From the NCBI GenBank assembly GCA_041648975.1, contig JBAZNZ010000004.1, forward strand, positions 1,779 to 65,778: a stretch of 64,000 bases of DNA, in the 5' to 3' direction. Below are positions 1-8,788 of the stretch, piece after piece. Under the pieces are notes generated by a model that saw nothing but the letters and a program-made list of their open reading frames with translations, did no database searches and was not told the origin of the DNA. The stretch comes from Candidatus Omnitrophota bacterium (lineage in GTDB: Bacteria > Omnitrophota > Gorgyraeia > 2-01-FULL-45-10). The stretch's first letter is position 1, and every line of letters begins with the position of its first letter. The position numbers were made by a program, and so were the translations under genes.

Positions 1-512
1 TGCTCTTCCGGCTTTGAGCCGGATATGGATTTGAGACCGTCAAGTTCGCCGGATATCTTCTGCAGGCGGTTCCTCTGGTCGGTTAGATTACCCTTCATCG
101 TCTTGATGAGCTGGTTTATCTTTTCGGCGAGGCTCATTAACTCGTCGCCTTTCCTGAGGATAAGATATGCGCTAAAATCGCCGTATGTCATATTGTTTAT
201 GAAACGTTCGATCCTGACGAGCGGGCCGGCTATCTTATGGGACAGGAAAATTCCTATTACGGCCACTAACGGCGTCACTATCAAAAGGCTAAAAAATATC
301 TTAAGGTTTATTGCCTTCATTATTGAGACAAAACGGCCCTGGGGATATATGAGCGCAAGCTTTTCACCGAAACTCGCCAGGCTCGTCTGGTATACGGCAT
401 ATGAGCACAGGGCCGCCGTGCAGAACATGAATATCAATATCATCCCCACATATTTAAGCTGGAACTGCCTTGATACGAGATACTGTTTCCTTTTAACAGC
501 GGATATCGGCAT
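1..512 (-). CDS. Sensor-type membrane protein, N-terminal 170 aa only (two TM helices + HAMP-like linker); C-terminus lies beyond the window start
   Basis: Minus-strand reading frame open from the ATG at 510-512 to position 1 (MPISAVKRKQYLVSRQ...IAGPLVRIERFINNMTYGDFSAYLILRKGDELMSLAEKINQLIKTM). Hydrophobic helices followed by a HAMP-like amphipathic segment. Not in the ORF track because it has no stop inside the window. Confidence 0.5.
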   Translation of the reverse strand, partial: MPISAVKRKQYLVSRQFQLKYVGMILIFMFCTAALCSYAVYQTSLASFGEKLALIYPQGRFVSIMKAINLKIFFSLLIVTPLVAVIGIFLSHKIAGPLVRIERFINNMTYGDFSAYLILRKGDELMSLAEKINQLIKTMKGNLTDQRNRLQKISGELDGLKSISGSKPEE

Positions 513-1496
513 TTAGTCGCTCCTCCACATTATAATTTCACGCCTTAACGTAAACCTGGCCGTGTCTCTCTTCGAATCCTTTATCATCCCAACAGCGTCA
601 TTAATCGGCATATAACGCGTAGGCCGGCCATCTATCGCGGTGACGAGGTCGCCTTTCTTCAGGCCCGCGCCGGCCGCGGCCCCTTTCCTGTCAACCTCTG
701 TAACCGTCAATCCATCGAATTCCATCCCGAACGACGCGCCCATAAGAGACTTGATGCTCGACAGGAAGTTCCTGCGCGGATTTATCATGACGTCCACAGT
801 CCGCTCGATGGAGCACTTTATTTCAAGGGCCGGCTTATCGAGAAGCAGGTCCATTATCTCTTCCTCCTGCATATAACCCGTCAGTTTGCCCCATATCGCG
901 ACAAGGGCGTCGCCGGGCTTTATGCCGGCTTCGGCCGCCGAGGATCTCGGCGCGACCTTTTCTATTATAATAACACCGTCTTTCGACCTGAGGGTAATGC
1001 CGAGCGTCCTCTTTGTTTTCGCCGCTTTTTCGGCGAGCCCTTCCCTGTCGCCTTTGTCTTTTGCCACAAAACCGCCTGTGCGCTCTATAACCTGCTGCCT
1101 CTCCACGCTGTCCTCTTTGCCGCCTTCCTCTTTGCGGAAAAGATAGCCGTCCAGGAAGATCATCCCGTCCCTTGCCGCTTTGAAATTTGGATTCAGGCCG
1201 AGAGCCATCTTGTAATACGCGTAAGCCCTGTTATAATCGCGGCGCGACCACGCCCCTTCAGCCAGCCTTACGAGGTTGTCCTCGGGATTGTCGAAACGCA
1301 TTTCGCGTATCGCCGATTTCAGGACGGCAATCTCGCCTTTCTCCGTAGAGAGCACAACCCTGTCTTTATATTCTTCGACGACTATCCCCTTAAGCTCATT
1401 CCCGTCACCGGTATAAATGGTGTCGGCAAGCGCCAAGCCGCAGGCCGCGGCCCCGACACCTGTAATAATAATTAGCGCTGCCAGCATCAGACGCAT
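513..1496 (-). CDS. Secreted or periplasmic protein with two PDZ domains and an N-terminal TPR-like segment
   Basis: N-terminal signal-like hydrophobic stretch. Two GLxxGD-type PDZ motifs (KPGDALVAI, LKKGDLVTAIDG). Confidence 0.7.
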   Translation of the reverse strand: MRLMLAALIIITGVGAAACGLALADTIYTGDGNELKGIVVEEYKDRVVLSTEKGEIAVLKSAIREMRFDNPEDNLVRLAEGAWSRRDYNRAYAYYKMALGLNPNFKAARDGMIFLDGYLFRKEEGGKEDSVERQQVIERTGGFVAKDKGDREGLAEKAAKTKRTLGITLRSKDGVIIIEKVAPRSSAAEAGIKPGDALVAIWGKLTGYMQEEEIMDLLLDKPALEIKCSIERTVDVMINPRRNFLSSIKSLMGASFGMEFDGLTVTEVDRKGAAAGAGLKKGDLVTAIDGRPTRYMPINDAVGMIKDSKRDTARFTLRREIIMWRSD

Positions 1497-1505
1497 AGTA
1501 ATCCC

Positions 1506-2687
1506 CTAAATTTTTACCGCCCTCTTCGCCTCATCGTAAACAGACTTTAACGGAACTTTCTTTTTGCGCGCGAGCTTCACGCATTCGTCGTATTCGGGCG
1601 ACGCCGTGAGGATGCCTTCCGGGCCGCTCGACAGCTTCACCGTAATATTGCCGTATTTTGTCTTTACAGAGGTGGATGCGCGCTCAAGCTTTAGCCTGTC
1701 CGCTTCATAATATCGAAGGCCTATGGCGGTACTCTCACTGAATATCGCCGACGATATACGCCCTATCAGGCGAGGCTCAGCCAGGACAGTCAACTTGAAC
1801 GCCGGTCTCGTTTTCTTCATCTGGATCGTCGTCGTGTAGACATCCAGCGCGCCTTCTTTGAACAATTTTTCAAACAGATATTCGAAACTCTGGGGGCTCA
1901 TGTCATCGATATTAGTTTCTATAACGAATATCCTGTCTTCAATGAAAGATGGCTGGGTCTCGCCTATGAGGACGCGAAGCATGTTCGGCCTCGTCTCCAA
2001 CACCCTCGTCCCGGCGCCGTAACCTATACTCGAGATCTTCATCTGCGGTATACTGCCGAAACCTTTCGAGAGCGTCTTCAATATGCCGGCCCCGGTCGGC
2101 GTTACGAGTTCGGCTTCTATCTCTGAAATATTAAGAGGGACGCCTTTTAGTAGTTCCAGCGTCGCCGGCGCCGGTATCGGCAGGACGCCGTGCTTAGAAT
2201 TGACGAATGTCCTACCCAGACTTATCTTCGACGAATAGACGGCTTCTATGCCGAGTTCATCGAGTGCTATCGCGGCGCCGACGATGTCTATAATGGAATC
2301 GATGTCGCCGAGCTCGTGCAGCCGCAAGTCGCTCGACTTACTTACCCCGTGGATCCCGGCCTCGGAGCTTCCTATATTTGTGAATATCGCTTTCGCGCTA
2401 TCTTTGACCTTCGCGCCCAATGAACTGTTGTCGATTATCAAGAATATCTCTTTTATGGAACGGTGCGAATGGCCCGCCGATCCGGTTACAACGCATTCAA
2501 ATCTTGTCCCGCTGATCCCGCCCCGCATCGCCTTAGTCTTCTTTAACTCATAACCCCTAAGCTTAAGCTTCCCGAGAGCTTTGGTAAGAGCGTCGAAATT
2601 GAGCCCGGCGTCGAGTAACGCAGCGATGGTCATGTCGCCCGATATGCCCGAGAAACAGTCGAAATAAGCAACTTTCATAATAAACAT
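1506..2687 (-). CDS. larC: Nickel-pincer cofactor biosynthesis protein LarC (nickel insertase, DUF111 family)
   Basis: N-terminus MKVAYFDCFSGISGDM and overall length are typical of LarC/DUF111. Confidence 0.85.
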   Translation of the reverse strand: MFIMKVAYFDCFSGISGDMTIAALLDAGLNFDALTKALGKLKLRGYELKKTKAMRGGISGTRFECVVTGSAGHSHRSIKEIFLIIDNSSLGAKVKDSAKAIFTNIGSSEAGIHGVSKSSDLRLHELGDIDSIIDIVGAAIALDELGIEAVYSSKISLGRTFVNSKHGVLPIPAPATLELLKGVPLNISEIEAELVTPTGAGILKTLSKGFGSIPQMKISSIGYGAGTRVLETRPNMLRVLIGETQPSFIEDRIFVIETNIDDMSPQSFEYLFEKLFKEGALDVYTTTIQMKKTRPAFKLTVLAEPRLIGRISSAIFSESTAIGLRYYEADRLKLERASTSVKTKYGNITVKLSSGPEGILTASPEYDECVKLARKKKVPLKSVYDEAKRAVKI

Positions 2688-2691
2688 CCCT

Positions 2692-2741
2692 TGAATGTTA
2701 CGTAAGGTTATAGAACGTTAATTAAGGTTACGTAAGGTTAC
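2692..2741. repeat. 10-bp-period repeat array, left arm (GTTACGTAAG-type units x5) flanking the Avd-like gene
   Basis: gttacgtaag|gttatagaac|gttaattaag|gttacgtaag|gttac. Confidence 0.8.
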
Positions 2742-3187
2742 TTTCGAAATTTCTCTCCCGGTACCTTCCATGTCCCTTCCCGTTCCATCTTATATAGCGA
2801 TTTCATAAATTGATTTGCCATATATGTAGCACTCTGAAACATTCTTGAAAACTCATCAAACTCTTCATTTGATATCAGACCATCTTCAAGGCAATCTTCG
2901 ATATCGCCACTTAACTCTTCTAATGATCCAAGGCTAATTTTTATGCTATGACTATATTCTCCTACAGTTCCCTTTCTGTAACCTTCGCGTATATTTTGTT
3001 TTGCACTTCTAGCGGCGTCTCGCATCTGAGAAACCAATCTAAAATGATTCTTAGAAAATCTTTCTGTTAAATTATGAATAATCTTGCGTATTTGACAAAT
3101 ATCCTGATAAAATTTCAAATTTTCATAAGCTGGCTTTCGCCATCGTCGCTGTAACCTTACGGAACCTTCTCTAACCTTACGTAACAT
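2738..3187 (-). CDS. Four-helix-bundle protein (23S rRNA intervening-sequence protein / Avd-like family, TIGR02436)
   Basis: The YENLKFYQ...IREGY motif pattern is typical of this family. The Arg-rich N-terminal 19 aa are encoded by the flanking repeat array. Confidence 0.8.
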   Translation of the reverse strand: MLRKVREGSVRLQRRWRKPAYENLKFYQDICQIRKIIHNLTERFSKNHFRLVSQMRDAARSAKQNIREGYRKGTVGEYSHSIKISLGSLEELSGDIEDCLEDGLISNEEFDEFSRMFQSATYMANQFMKSLYKMEREGTWKVPGEKFRK

Positions 3188-3197
3188 TATGTAACCT
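3151..3197. repeat. 10-bp-period repeat array, right arm (inverted AACCTTAC-type units), overlaps the start of the Avd-like CDS
   Basis: gtaaccttac|ggaaccttct|ctaaccttac|gtaacattat|gtaacct, which is the reverse complement of the left-arm units. Confidence 0.8.
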
Positions 3198-3936
3198 ACC
3201 TATTGACCAGACTCGCGAAATACGCCGCTCCAAAACCGTTATCGATGTTCACTACCGCCACCCCCGGAGAGCAGCAGTTCATCATCGTAAGAAGCGGCGC
3301 GAGCCCGCCGAAAGAAGCGCCGTAACCCACGCTCGTCGGGACCGCTATGACCGGCTTAGAGACGAGCCCGCTCACTACGCTGGCCAACGCGCCCTCCATC
3401 CCCGCTATCACTATGATCACGCTCGAGCGCTCCAGTTCGGCCTTCTTATCGAGAAGCCTGTGGAGGCCCGCCACGCCAACGTCATACAACATCTTAACCC
3501 TGTTGCCCATAAGCTCGAGAGTGACTCTCGCTTCTTCGGCAACCGGCATATCGGCAGTGCCCGCTGTTATCACCAGCACCTCGCCTTTTTTAAACACAGG
3601 CCTGGCCCTGCAATAGCTTATCGCGTTCGCGTCTTTATCGAATCTGGCTTTGGGGCACGTCTTCTTGAGCAGGCGATAGACTTCTTCGTTTGTGCGGGTC
3701 ACGAGCAGGATGCCGTCGTGGGCTATAATGCGTTTGGCTATTTTAATAATCTGGGCCGGCGTCTTCCCTTTACCGAACACTACCTCGGGAAAGCCGCGGC
3801 GAAGGCTCCTGTGGTTATCGATCTTGGCAAATCCGAGATCCTGGTAGGGAAGGTCCTTCAAGCGCGCGAGCGCCTCGCATACGGAGACGCGGCCCGACTT
3901 CAAATTATTCAAAACCTTACTGATCTTTTCGGTCAT
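3196..3936 (-). CDS. larB: Nickel-pincer cofactor biosynthesis protein LarB (PurE-like carboxylase/hydrolase)
   Basis: PurE/AIR-carboxylase-like C-terminal half (VIIVIAGMEGALASVVSGL...PVIAVPTSVGYG) plus a LarB-type N-terminal domain. Confidence 0.85.
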   Translation of the reverse strand: MTEKISKVLNNLKSGRVSVCEALARLKDLPYQDLGFAKIDNHRSLRRGFPEVVFGKGKTPAQIIKIAKRIIAHDGILLVTRTNEEVYRLLKKTCPKARFDKDANAISYCRARPVFKKGEVLVITAGTADMPVAEEARVTLELMGNRVKMLYDVGVAGLHRLLDKKAELERSSVIIVIAGMEGALASVVSGLVSKPVIAVPTSVGYGASFGGLAPLLTMMNCCSPGVAVVNIDNGFGAAYFASLVNR

Positions 3937-3942
3937 TATATT

Positions 3943-4341
3943 TTATCTGAAGATAAGAAACATCAATACGCCTATTATAAGGAAGGAAAGGATGTAGAAA
4001 TCGTTGAAATAGAAAAAATCTTTCACCCTTTCGACCGTAGTATAGTCGTATTGGCCCGTCACAGGCTCCCTGCGCTTTATCTCCCTCTCCATGTCCGTGT
4101 ATGGATGGCCGGGGGCATTTTTGCCGGCCGGCGCGGCTGGGCCCTGCCCGGCGGGAACGCCCTCCTCGATCTCGGAGATATCGAGCTTTATGGCGTCAAT
4201 CTGCTCTTTCCTGAACCGCAGGAAGGAGCCGCCTATCTTGTATGCCGGTATCTCGCCGATATCCACGAGCCTCATGACCTCTTCTTCGGATACCTTAAGA
4301 TAATCCGCGACCTCTTTTATACTCATTAATTTCTCGGGCAT
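3943..4341 (-). CDS. Tail-anchored protein with an N-terminal excisionase/MerR-type HTH and a C-terminal transmembrane helix
   Basis: SIKEVADYLKVSEEEVMRLVDIGEIPAYKIG matches the HTH_17 pattern. C-terminal FYILSFLIIGVLMFLIF is a hydrophobic helix. Confidence 0.6.
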   Translation of the reverse strand: MPEKLMSIKEVADYLKVSEEEVMRLVDIGEIPAYKIGGSFLRFRKEQIDAIKLDISEIEEGVPAGQGPAAPAGKNAPGHPYTDMEREIKRREPVTGQYDYTTVERVKDFFYFNDFYILSFLIIGVLMFLIFR

Positions 4342-4351
4342 ATGCGCTCTC

Positions 4352-4891
4352 TTATTTGATCTTCTCCGACGCCACCCATTCGTCTATCTTCGAGCGGTCG
4401 AACCTCCAGCTGTCGCCGTCCTTCATGCCCGGCAGCTTTCCGGAGTTCACCCACTCTGCGATCATGGCGGAATCCACCTCCAGATATTTGGCCAGCTCAT
4501 CCGGCGACATGGTATTCAGCCTATGTGCGTGTTCGGCTTTTGCTTTTGACATCATATTGCAGTTCCCCTCAAATACCGCGCCCTCGGCTACACTCAAGAG
4601 CGGCGTCTTTATATCGCCTACCACAACGGCAGGGGCTATCAATTTCAATTCCTTCAGGGCGCTAATATTGCCGTTGACCTTGCCGGCGATGACGATAGAT
4701 TCTCCGGTGATATCGGCGATCACCGCGGCATGTTCGCTTATCATGAGATTTCCCTTGGTATGGAGCGTGCCTTCGAACCTGCCGTTGATCTTCAGATTTA
4801 CAGGATCCTTGAATACGAGCGACCCTTGCATCGAAGCGTCAACATCCAACACCCTCTCCCCTTCATGCCTTCTATCCTTTTTTCCCATCAT
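4352..4891 (-). CDS. Bactofilin-domain protein fused to a C-terminal excisionase-type HTH
   Basis: Central bactofilin beta-helical repeats (GxxxGxVxG-like: INGRFEGTLHTKGNLMISEHAAVIADITGESIVIAGKVNGNI...). C-terminal MSPDELAKYLEVDSAMIAEWVNSGKLPG is an HTH_17-like motif. Confidence 0.7.
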   Translation of the reverse strand: MMGKKDRRHEGERVLDVDASMQGSLVFKDPVNLKINGRFEGTLHTKGNLMISEHAAVIADITGESIVIAGKVNGNISALKELKLIAPAVVVGDIKTPLLSVAEGAVFEGNCNMMSKAKAEHAHRLNTMSPDELAKYLEVDSAMIAEWVNSGKLPGMKDGDSWRFDRSKIDEWVASEKIK

Positions 4892-4920
4892 ATCTCACCT
4901 CCTGATTTTGCGAAGCAAAA

Positions 4921-5601
4921 TCAATCCGTCTCCCACTTCACGTTCCTGACTCCGTCCAGATGGCTTATCTCCGTTAATATCTGGTCGGCAAATTTCGTCT
5001 GATAAAATTTCAAGCCGAGTTTCAATATCATATTGGAGCCGTCCTTGGAACGCTCAACTTCGAAATCGGTTATCTCGGTCCTGTATTCCGCCAATATCTC
5101 CCTGATGATCTTCAACTGCTCTATACCGTCTTTTGTGTCAATGATTATATTCCTGTACCAATCCTTCCTGATCATCGCGTGTTCAAGGCGCGAAAATATC
5201 ATCAGCGCTATCAGGGTCAATGCCGCCGTTACCACCGCGCCGAAATATAATCCCGAACCTACGGCAAGCCCTATGCCGGCCGCGACCCACAGGCTCGCCG
5301 CTGTCGTAAGGCCTCGCACTGAAGAACGGTAATGCATTATCGCGCCCGCCCCCAGGAATCCTATACCCGTGATGACACCGGCCGCGATCCTTGCCGGATC
5401 GATGGGAGCCTTGGATGAATATACGTCGAACATGTGTATCGACGTCAGCATCACAAGCGTCGATCCTACACAAAGCAGTATGTGCGTCCTGAACCCCGCG
5501 GCCCTGCCGTGGAATTCGCGCTCAAAACCTATTGCCCCGCTCAATACCGCTGCCAGCACAAGCCTGAATAGCATCACCCAATTCGTCAACATACGCAACA
5601 A
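4921..5601 (-). CDS. mgtC: MgtC/SapB family membrane protein
   Basis: N-terminal MgtC signature ...LAAVLSGAIGFEREFHGRAAGFRTHILLCVGSTLVM. Confidence 0.85.
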   Translation of the reverse strand: MLRMLTNWVMLFRLVLAAVLSGAIGFEREFHGRAAGFRTHILLCVGSTLVMLTSIHMFDVYSSKAPIDPARIAAGVITGIGFLGAGAIMHYRSSVRGLTTAASLWVAAGIGLAVGSGLYFGAVVTAALTLIALMIFSRLEHAMIRKDWYRNIIIDTKDGIEQLKIIREILAEYRTEITDFEVERSKDGSNMILKLGLKFYQTKFADQILTEISHLDGVRNVKWETD

Positions 5602-5629
5602 CCCTCCGGCGAAGTTAAAAGATACACTT

Positions 5630-6637
5630 TTACCTTAATTCTAAATTCGGTTCAGCGCTCAGATAAAGATCGGACTTATAGCCTTTCTTATATAATGCCT
5701 CACCCAGGACCCCGACCATGGCCGCGTTATCGACGCAATATTCCATTTTCGGAAAATAGACCTTTACGCCAAAGTGCTCCGAATCTATAAGAAGTTTCTG
5801 CCTGAGCCTTTTGTTCGCGGCCACGCCGCCGCCTATAACTATCCTGTTGGTCTTGCAAAACCTTGCGGCGCGGTACGCCTTCTCGACCAGCACATCCAGG
5901 ATCGCCTCCTGGAATTCATAACATATATCATTGACGAGCGCCTTATCCGGCTTTTCCTGCCTTGCCCTTACATAATATAATACCGCAGTTTTGACCCCGC
6001 TGAAACTAAAATCTAAAGAATCTTTTCCGAGATAACTTCGCGGAAAAGAGACATTGGTTTTGCCCGTCGCAAGGCCTGCCGCCTTTTCGATGACCGGCCC
6101 GCCCGGATATCCCAGGCCCAGCAGCTTCGCCACTTTGTCGTAAGCCTCACCCACAGCGTCGTCCTGCGTCTGCCCGAGGAGCTTCTGCTTATCCACGTCT
6201 TCACAAAGGAAGAGCGCCGTGTGGCCGCCCGATACAACAAGCCCCACAAAAGGGAATTCAGGCCTGTCATCCTCATTCAGGAACGAGCTGTAAAGATGCG
6301 CGAGTATATGGTTCACTCCTATGATAGGAAGATCGAGGCAGTAACTCAACGATTTGGCCATCGATATTCCTATTAATAGAGCCCCGACCAGGCCGGGCCC
6401 GTTCGTTACGGCAATAAGTTTTATATCTTTAAGCCCTTTGCCGGAATCCTTCAGCGCTCCGGCCATCACCTCGGAGATATATTCCACGTGGTACCGTGAG
6501 GCTATCTCGGGAACAACGCCGCCGTATTTCTTATGAAGGTGGACGCTCGATGATACCTCATTAGACAGGACAGATCTGCCTTCCGACACCGAAACGCCTG
6601 TTTCATCGCATGAAGTCTCTATACCGAGCGTCAACAT
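5630..6637 (-). CDS. tsaD: tRNA N6-adenosine threonylcarbamoyltransferase TsaD
   Basis: MLTLGIETSCDETGVSV start and Kae1/TsaD family motifs throughout. Confidence 0.95.
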   Translation of the reverse strand: MLTLGIETSCDETGVSVSEGRSVLSNEVSSSVHLHKKYGGVVPEIASRYHVEYISEVMAGALKDSGKGLKDIKLIAVTNGPGLVGALLIGISMAKSLSYCLDLPIIGVNHILAHLYSSFLNEDDRPEFPFVGLVVSGGHTALFLCEDVDKQKLLGQTQDDAVGEAYDKVAKLLGLGYPGGPVIEKAAGLATGKTNVSFPRSYLGKDSLDFSFSGVKTAVLYYVRARQEKPDKALVNDICYEFQEAILDVLVEKAYRAARFCKTNRIVIGGGVAANKRLRQKLLIDSEHFGVKVYFPKMEYCVDNAAMVGVLGEALYKKGYKSDLYLSAEPNLELR

Positions 6638-6647
6638 ATATTCGATA

Positions 6648-7496
6648 TCACTCCATCATCCTGGAAAGAGGCACGAAGATTATGCCTTCCCTGCGCATCT
6701 CGGGCATCATCTTCGCAAGGACCGAGATCGTATTCTTCCTGTCATGGCAGACCGCTATAGCCCTGCCGTTCCTGAGCGCCGATCTCTTAAGCTCCATTAG
6801 CTGCTTTTCTATATACGCGGGATCGTTCGAATTGTCCAGGAAGACGTCCCTCCTCGCGTAACGGATCCCCGCGGCGGCTGCCGCTTGCCGGCATATGGAA
6901 TTCTCCGAAGTAAGGCTGTCAAAAAAATACAACCCATGCTTTTTTAAACGCTTGAATACGGCCGACATGACCTTCACATCTTCGGTAGCCTTCGAGCCCA
7001 TATGGTTCGACACGCCCTTTATCCCGGGAACACTCGCTATCTCCTTGTCAACCACCGCGAATATCTCCTCCTGAGTCATCCCGGACTTTATCGTATCCTG
7101 TTCTTCCCTGACGTCTTTCCGGTGAGGCTCTAACGGCATATGCAAAATAACTTCCTGGCCGCGCAGGTTCGCCAGCCTCGCTATCTCGGAGGAGTAACGC
7201 AGGTTCGGCAGCACCGATAATGTTATCGGCTCTTTTATATCAAATAGATCGTCCAGATTGGACACATTGTAACCGAAGTCGTCCATCACTATGGCGACTT
7301 TGGGGCCGCCTGCTTTCTTCTTCGCGGCAGTGGCCGCGGAAGCCGCCGGGGCTCTCTTCTTCGCGGCCGGAGCGGCGACGCGTATCCTCGGCGTTTCCTG
7401 TTTCGGCCGGAAGAGATGCGTATTCCGCCAGTATATTACTCCTGCGATTATGACCAATGCCGCTATTACCGCAAATCTGATTAATCTGGTATTCAT
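6648..7496 (-). CDS. Divergent polysaccharide deacetylase family protein (YibQ-like)
   Basis: Signal anchor, then VAIVMDDFGYN...ILHMPLEP...NHMGS, the YibQ/DUF610 pattern. Confidence 0.75.
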   Translation of the reverse strand: MNTRLIRFAVIAALVIIAGVIYWRNTHLFRPKQETPRIRVAAPAAKKRAPAASAATAAKKKAGGPKVAIVMDDFGYNVSNLDDLFDIKEPITLSVLPNLRYSSEIARLANLRGQEVILHMPLEPHRKDVREEQDTIKSGMTQEEIFAVVDKEIASVPGIKGVSNHMGSKATEDVKVMSAVFKRLKKHGLYFFDSLTSENSICRQAAAAAGIRYARRDVFLDNSNDPAYIEKQLMELKRSALRNGRAIAVCHDRKNTISVLAKMMPEMRREGIIFVPLSRMME

Positions 7497-8788
7497 TTTT
7501 CCTGTGGTTTATATATTTTAAAGGCCTTTATCAAATTCACCGCCATATCTAGCTGGTTATCCATCTCGACCTTATCCTGATCGAGCGCCTCTTTCGGGCG
7601 CGGCGCGCCTTCTCTTTCGACCTTCTCAAAGACGTCGGAACCATCCGGTTTCTTTTCATCCCTGGACTCTTCTCTATCTATTACCACGTCCGGCACAACA
7701 CCGGCATTCTTGATAAGCTTGCCGCTCGGCGTTAGATATAAGGCTGTTGTGAACCTGACAGCCGAATTATCCCTTAGCGGGACCACCGTCTGGACAGACG
7801 CCTTGCCGAACGTCTTTGTGCCGAGGACTATCCCCCGCTTATTATCCTGGACCGCTCCGGCGACTATCTCCGAAGCGCTTGCCGACCCTTCGTTCACCAT
7901 CACGACAAGCGGATAGTCCGGGTGCGTAGACTTCCCGCTCGACTTGAATACGGCGTCATTCTCGGAGCTCCTCGATTTTATCGATACAATGACCTTATCC
8001 TTAGGCAACAATCTTTCGGACACTCCTATCGCGCCCTCCAGGAGGCCTCCCGGATTATTGCGAAGGTCCAGTATGAGCGCGTTCATGCCGTCGGCTTCGA
8101 GCCTCTTCATAGCCGCCTCAAGATCGCGCGCAGTATTCTCCTGGAACTCTACAAGCTTTATATACCCTATCTTATCCTCGAGGAAAACGGCTTTCTTTAT
8201 GCTCTGTATCTTTATCACCGCTCTCTTAAGCGGCACCTCAAGGATCTTCTGGTCTTTCTCCCTCCATATCGTAAGGGCAAGCGGCGTACCCGGCTTGCCG
8301 CGCATCTCTTTCACAGCCTCATCGAGGGTCATCTTCTTCGTAATCTTGCCGTCTATCTTAACTATCTTGTCGCCCGGTTTTATGCCGGCCGTCTCCGCGG
8401 GAGTGCCGGATATGGGCGCGATCACCGTAAGTATCCCGTCCTTCATCGATATCTCTATGCCTATCCCGCCGAACTCGCCTTTAGTCTCAAGCCTCAGGTC
8501 GTTGTACTCGTCCGGCTCGAGGAACTGGCTGAAGTCGTCCATTGACGAAAGCATCCCCTTCAGCGCGCCGTAAACAAGTTTTTTTGAATCCACTTCTTCG
8601 ACGTAATCGCTCCTTAAGATGCTTATGGCGTCGGCAAAGAGTTCCAGCTGCGCGTACAGGTTGTCTTTGGACCTCTCTTTATCCGGTTTGCCTTTTTCGA
8701 ATCCGCCCGTCGCGATCGACGTTACAAGGACCAGCAATATCATGAAAAAGAATATCTTCCAACGCCTTGATATCGTCATTATCTTCAT
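7493..8788 (-). CDS. C-terminal processing peptidase, S41 family (CtpA/Prc-like) with PDZ domain
   Basis: PDZ (GIKPGDKIVKIDG) followed by the S41 catalytic region (LILDLRNNPGGLL, serine/lysine dyad context). Confidence 0.85.
   Translation of the reverse strand: MKIMTISRRWKIFFFMILLVLVTSIATGGFEKGKPDKERSKDNLYAQLELFADAISILRSDYVEEVDSKKLVYGALKGMLSSMDDFSQFLEPDEYNDLRLETKGEFGGIGIEISMKDGILTVIAPISGTPAETAGIKPGDKIVKIDGKITKKMTLDEAVKEMRGKPGTPLALTIWREKDQKILEVPLKRAVIKIQSIKKAVFLEDKIGYIKLVEFQENTARDLEAAMKRLEADGMNALILDLRNNPGGLLEGAIGVSERLLPKDKVIVSIKSRSSENDAVFKSSGKSTHPDYPLVVMVNEGSASASEIVAGAVQDNKRGIVLGTKTFGKASVQTVVPLRDNSAVRFTTALYLTPSGKLIKNAGVVPDVVIDREESRDEKKPDGSDVFEKVEREGAPRPKEALDQDKVEMDNQLDMAVNLIKAFKIYKPQEK

Noticed and set aside
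25-516. 163-aa plus-strand ORF at the window start
   Set aside because: Antisense to a minus-strand open frame that encodes a coherent TM-HAMP sensor N-terminus continuing from the ATG at 510-512. No homology-like features of its own.
3460-4329. 289-aa plus-strand ORF
   Set aside because: Lies antisense across larB and the HTH-TM gene. Composition typical of reverse-strand reading of GC-rich codons; no recognisable motifs.
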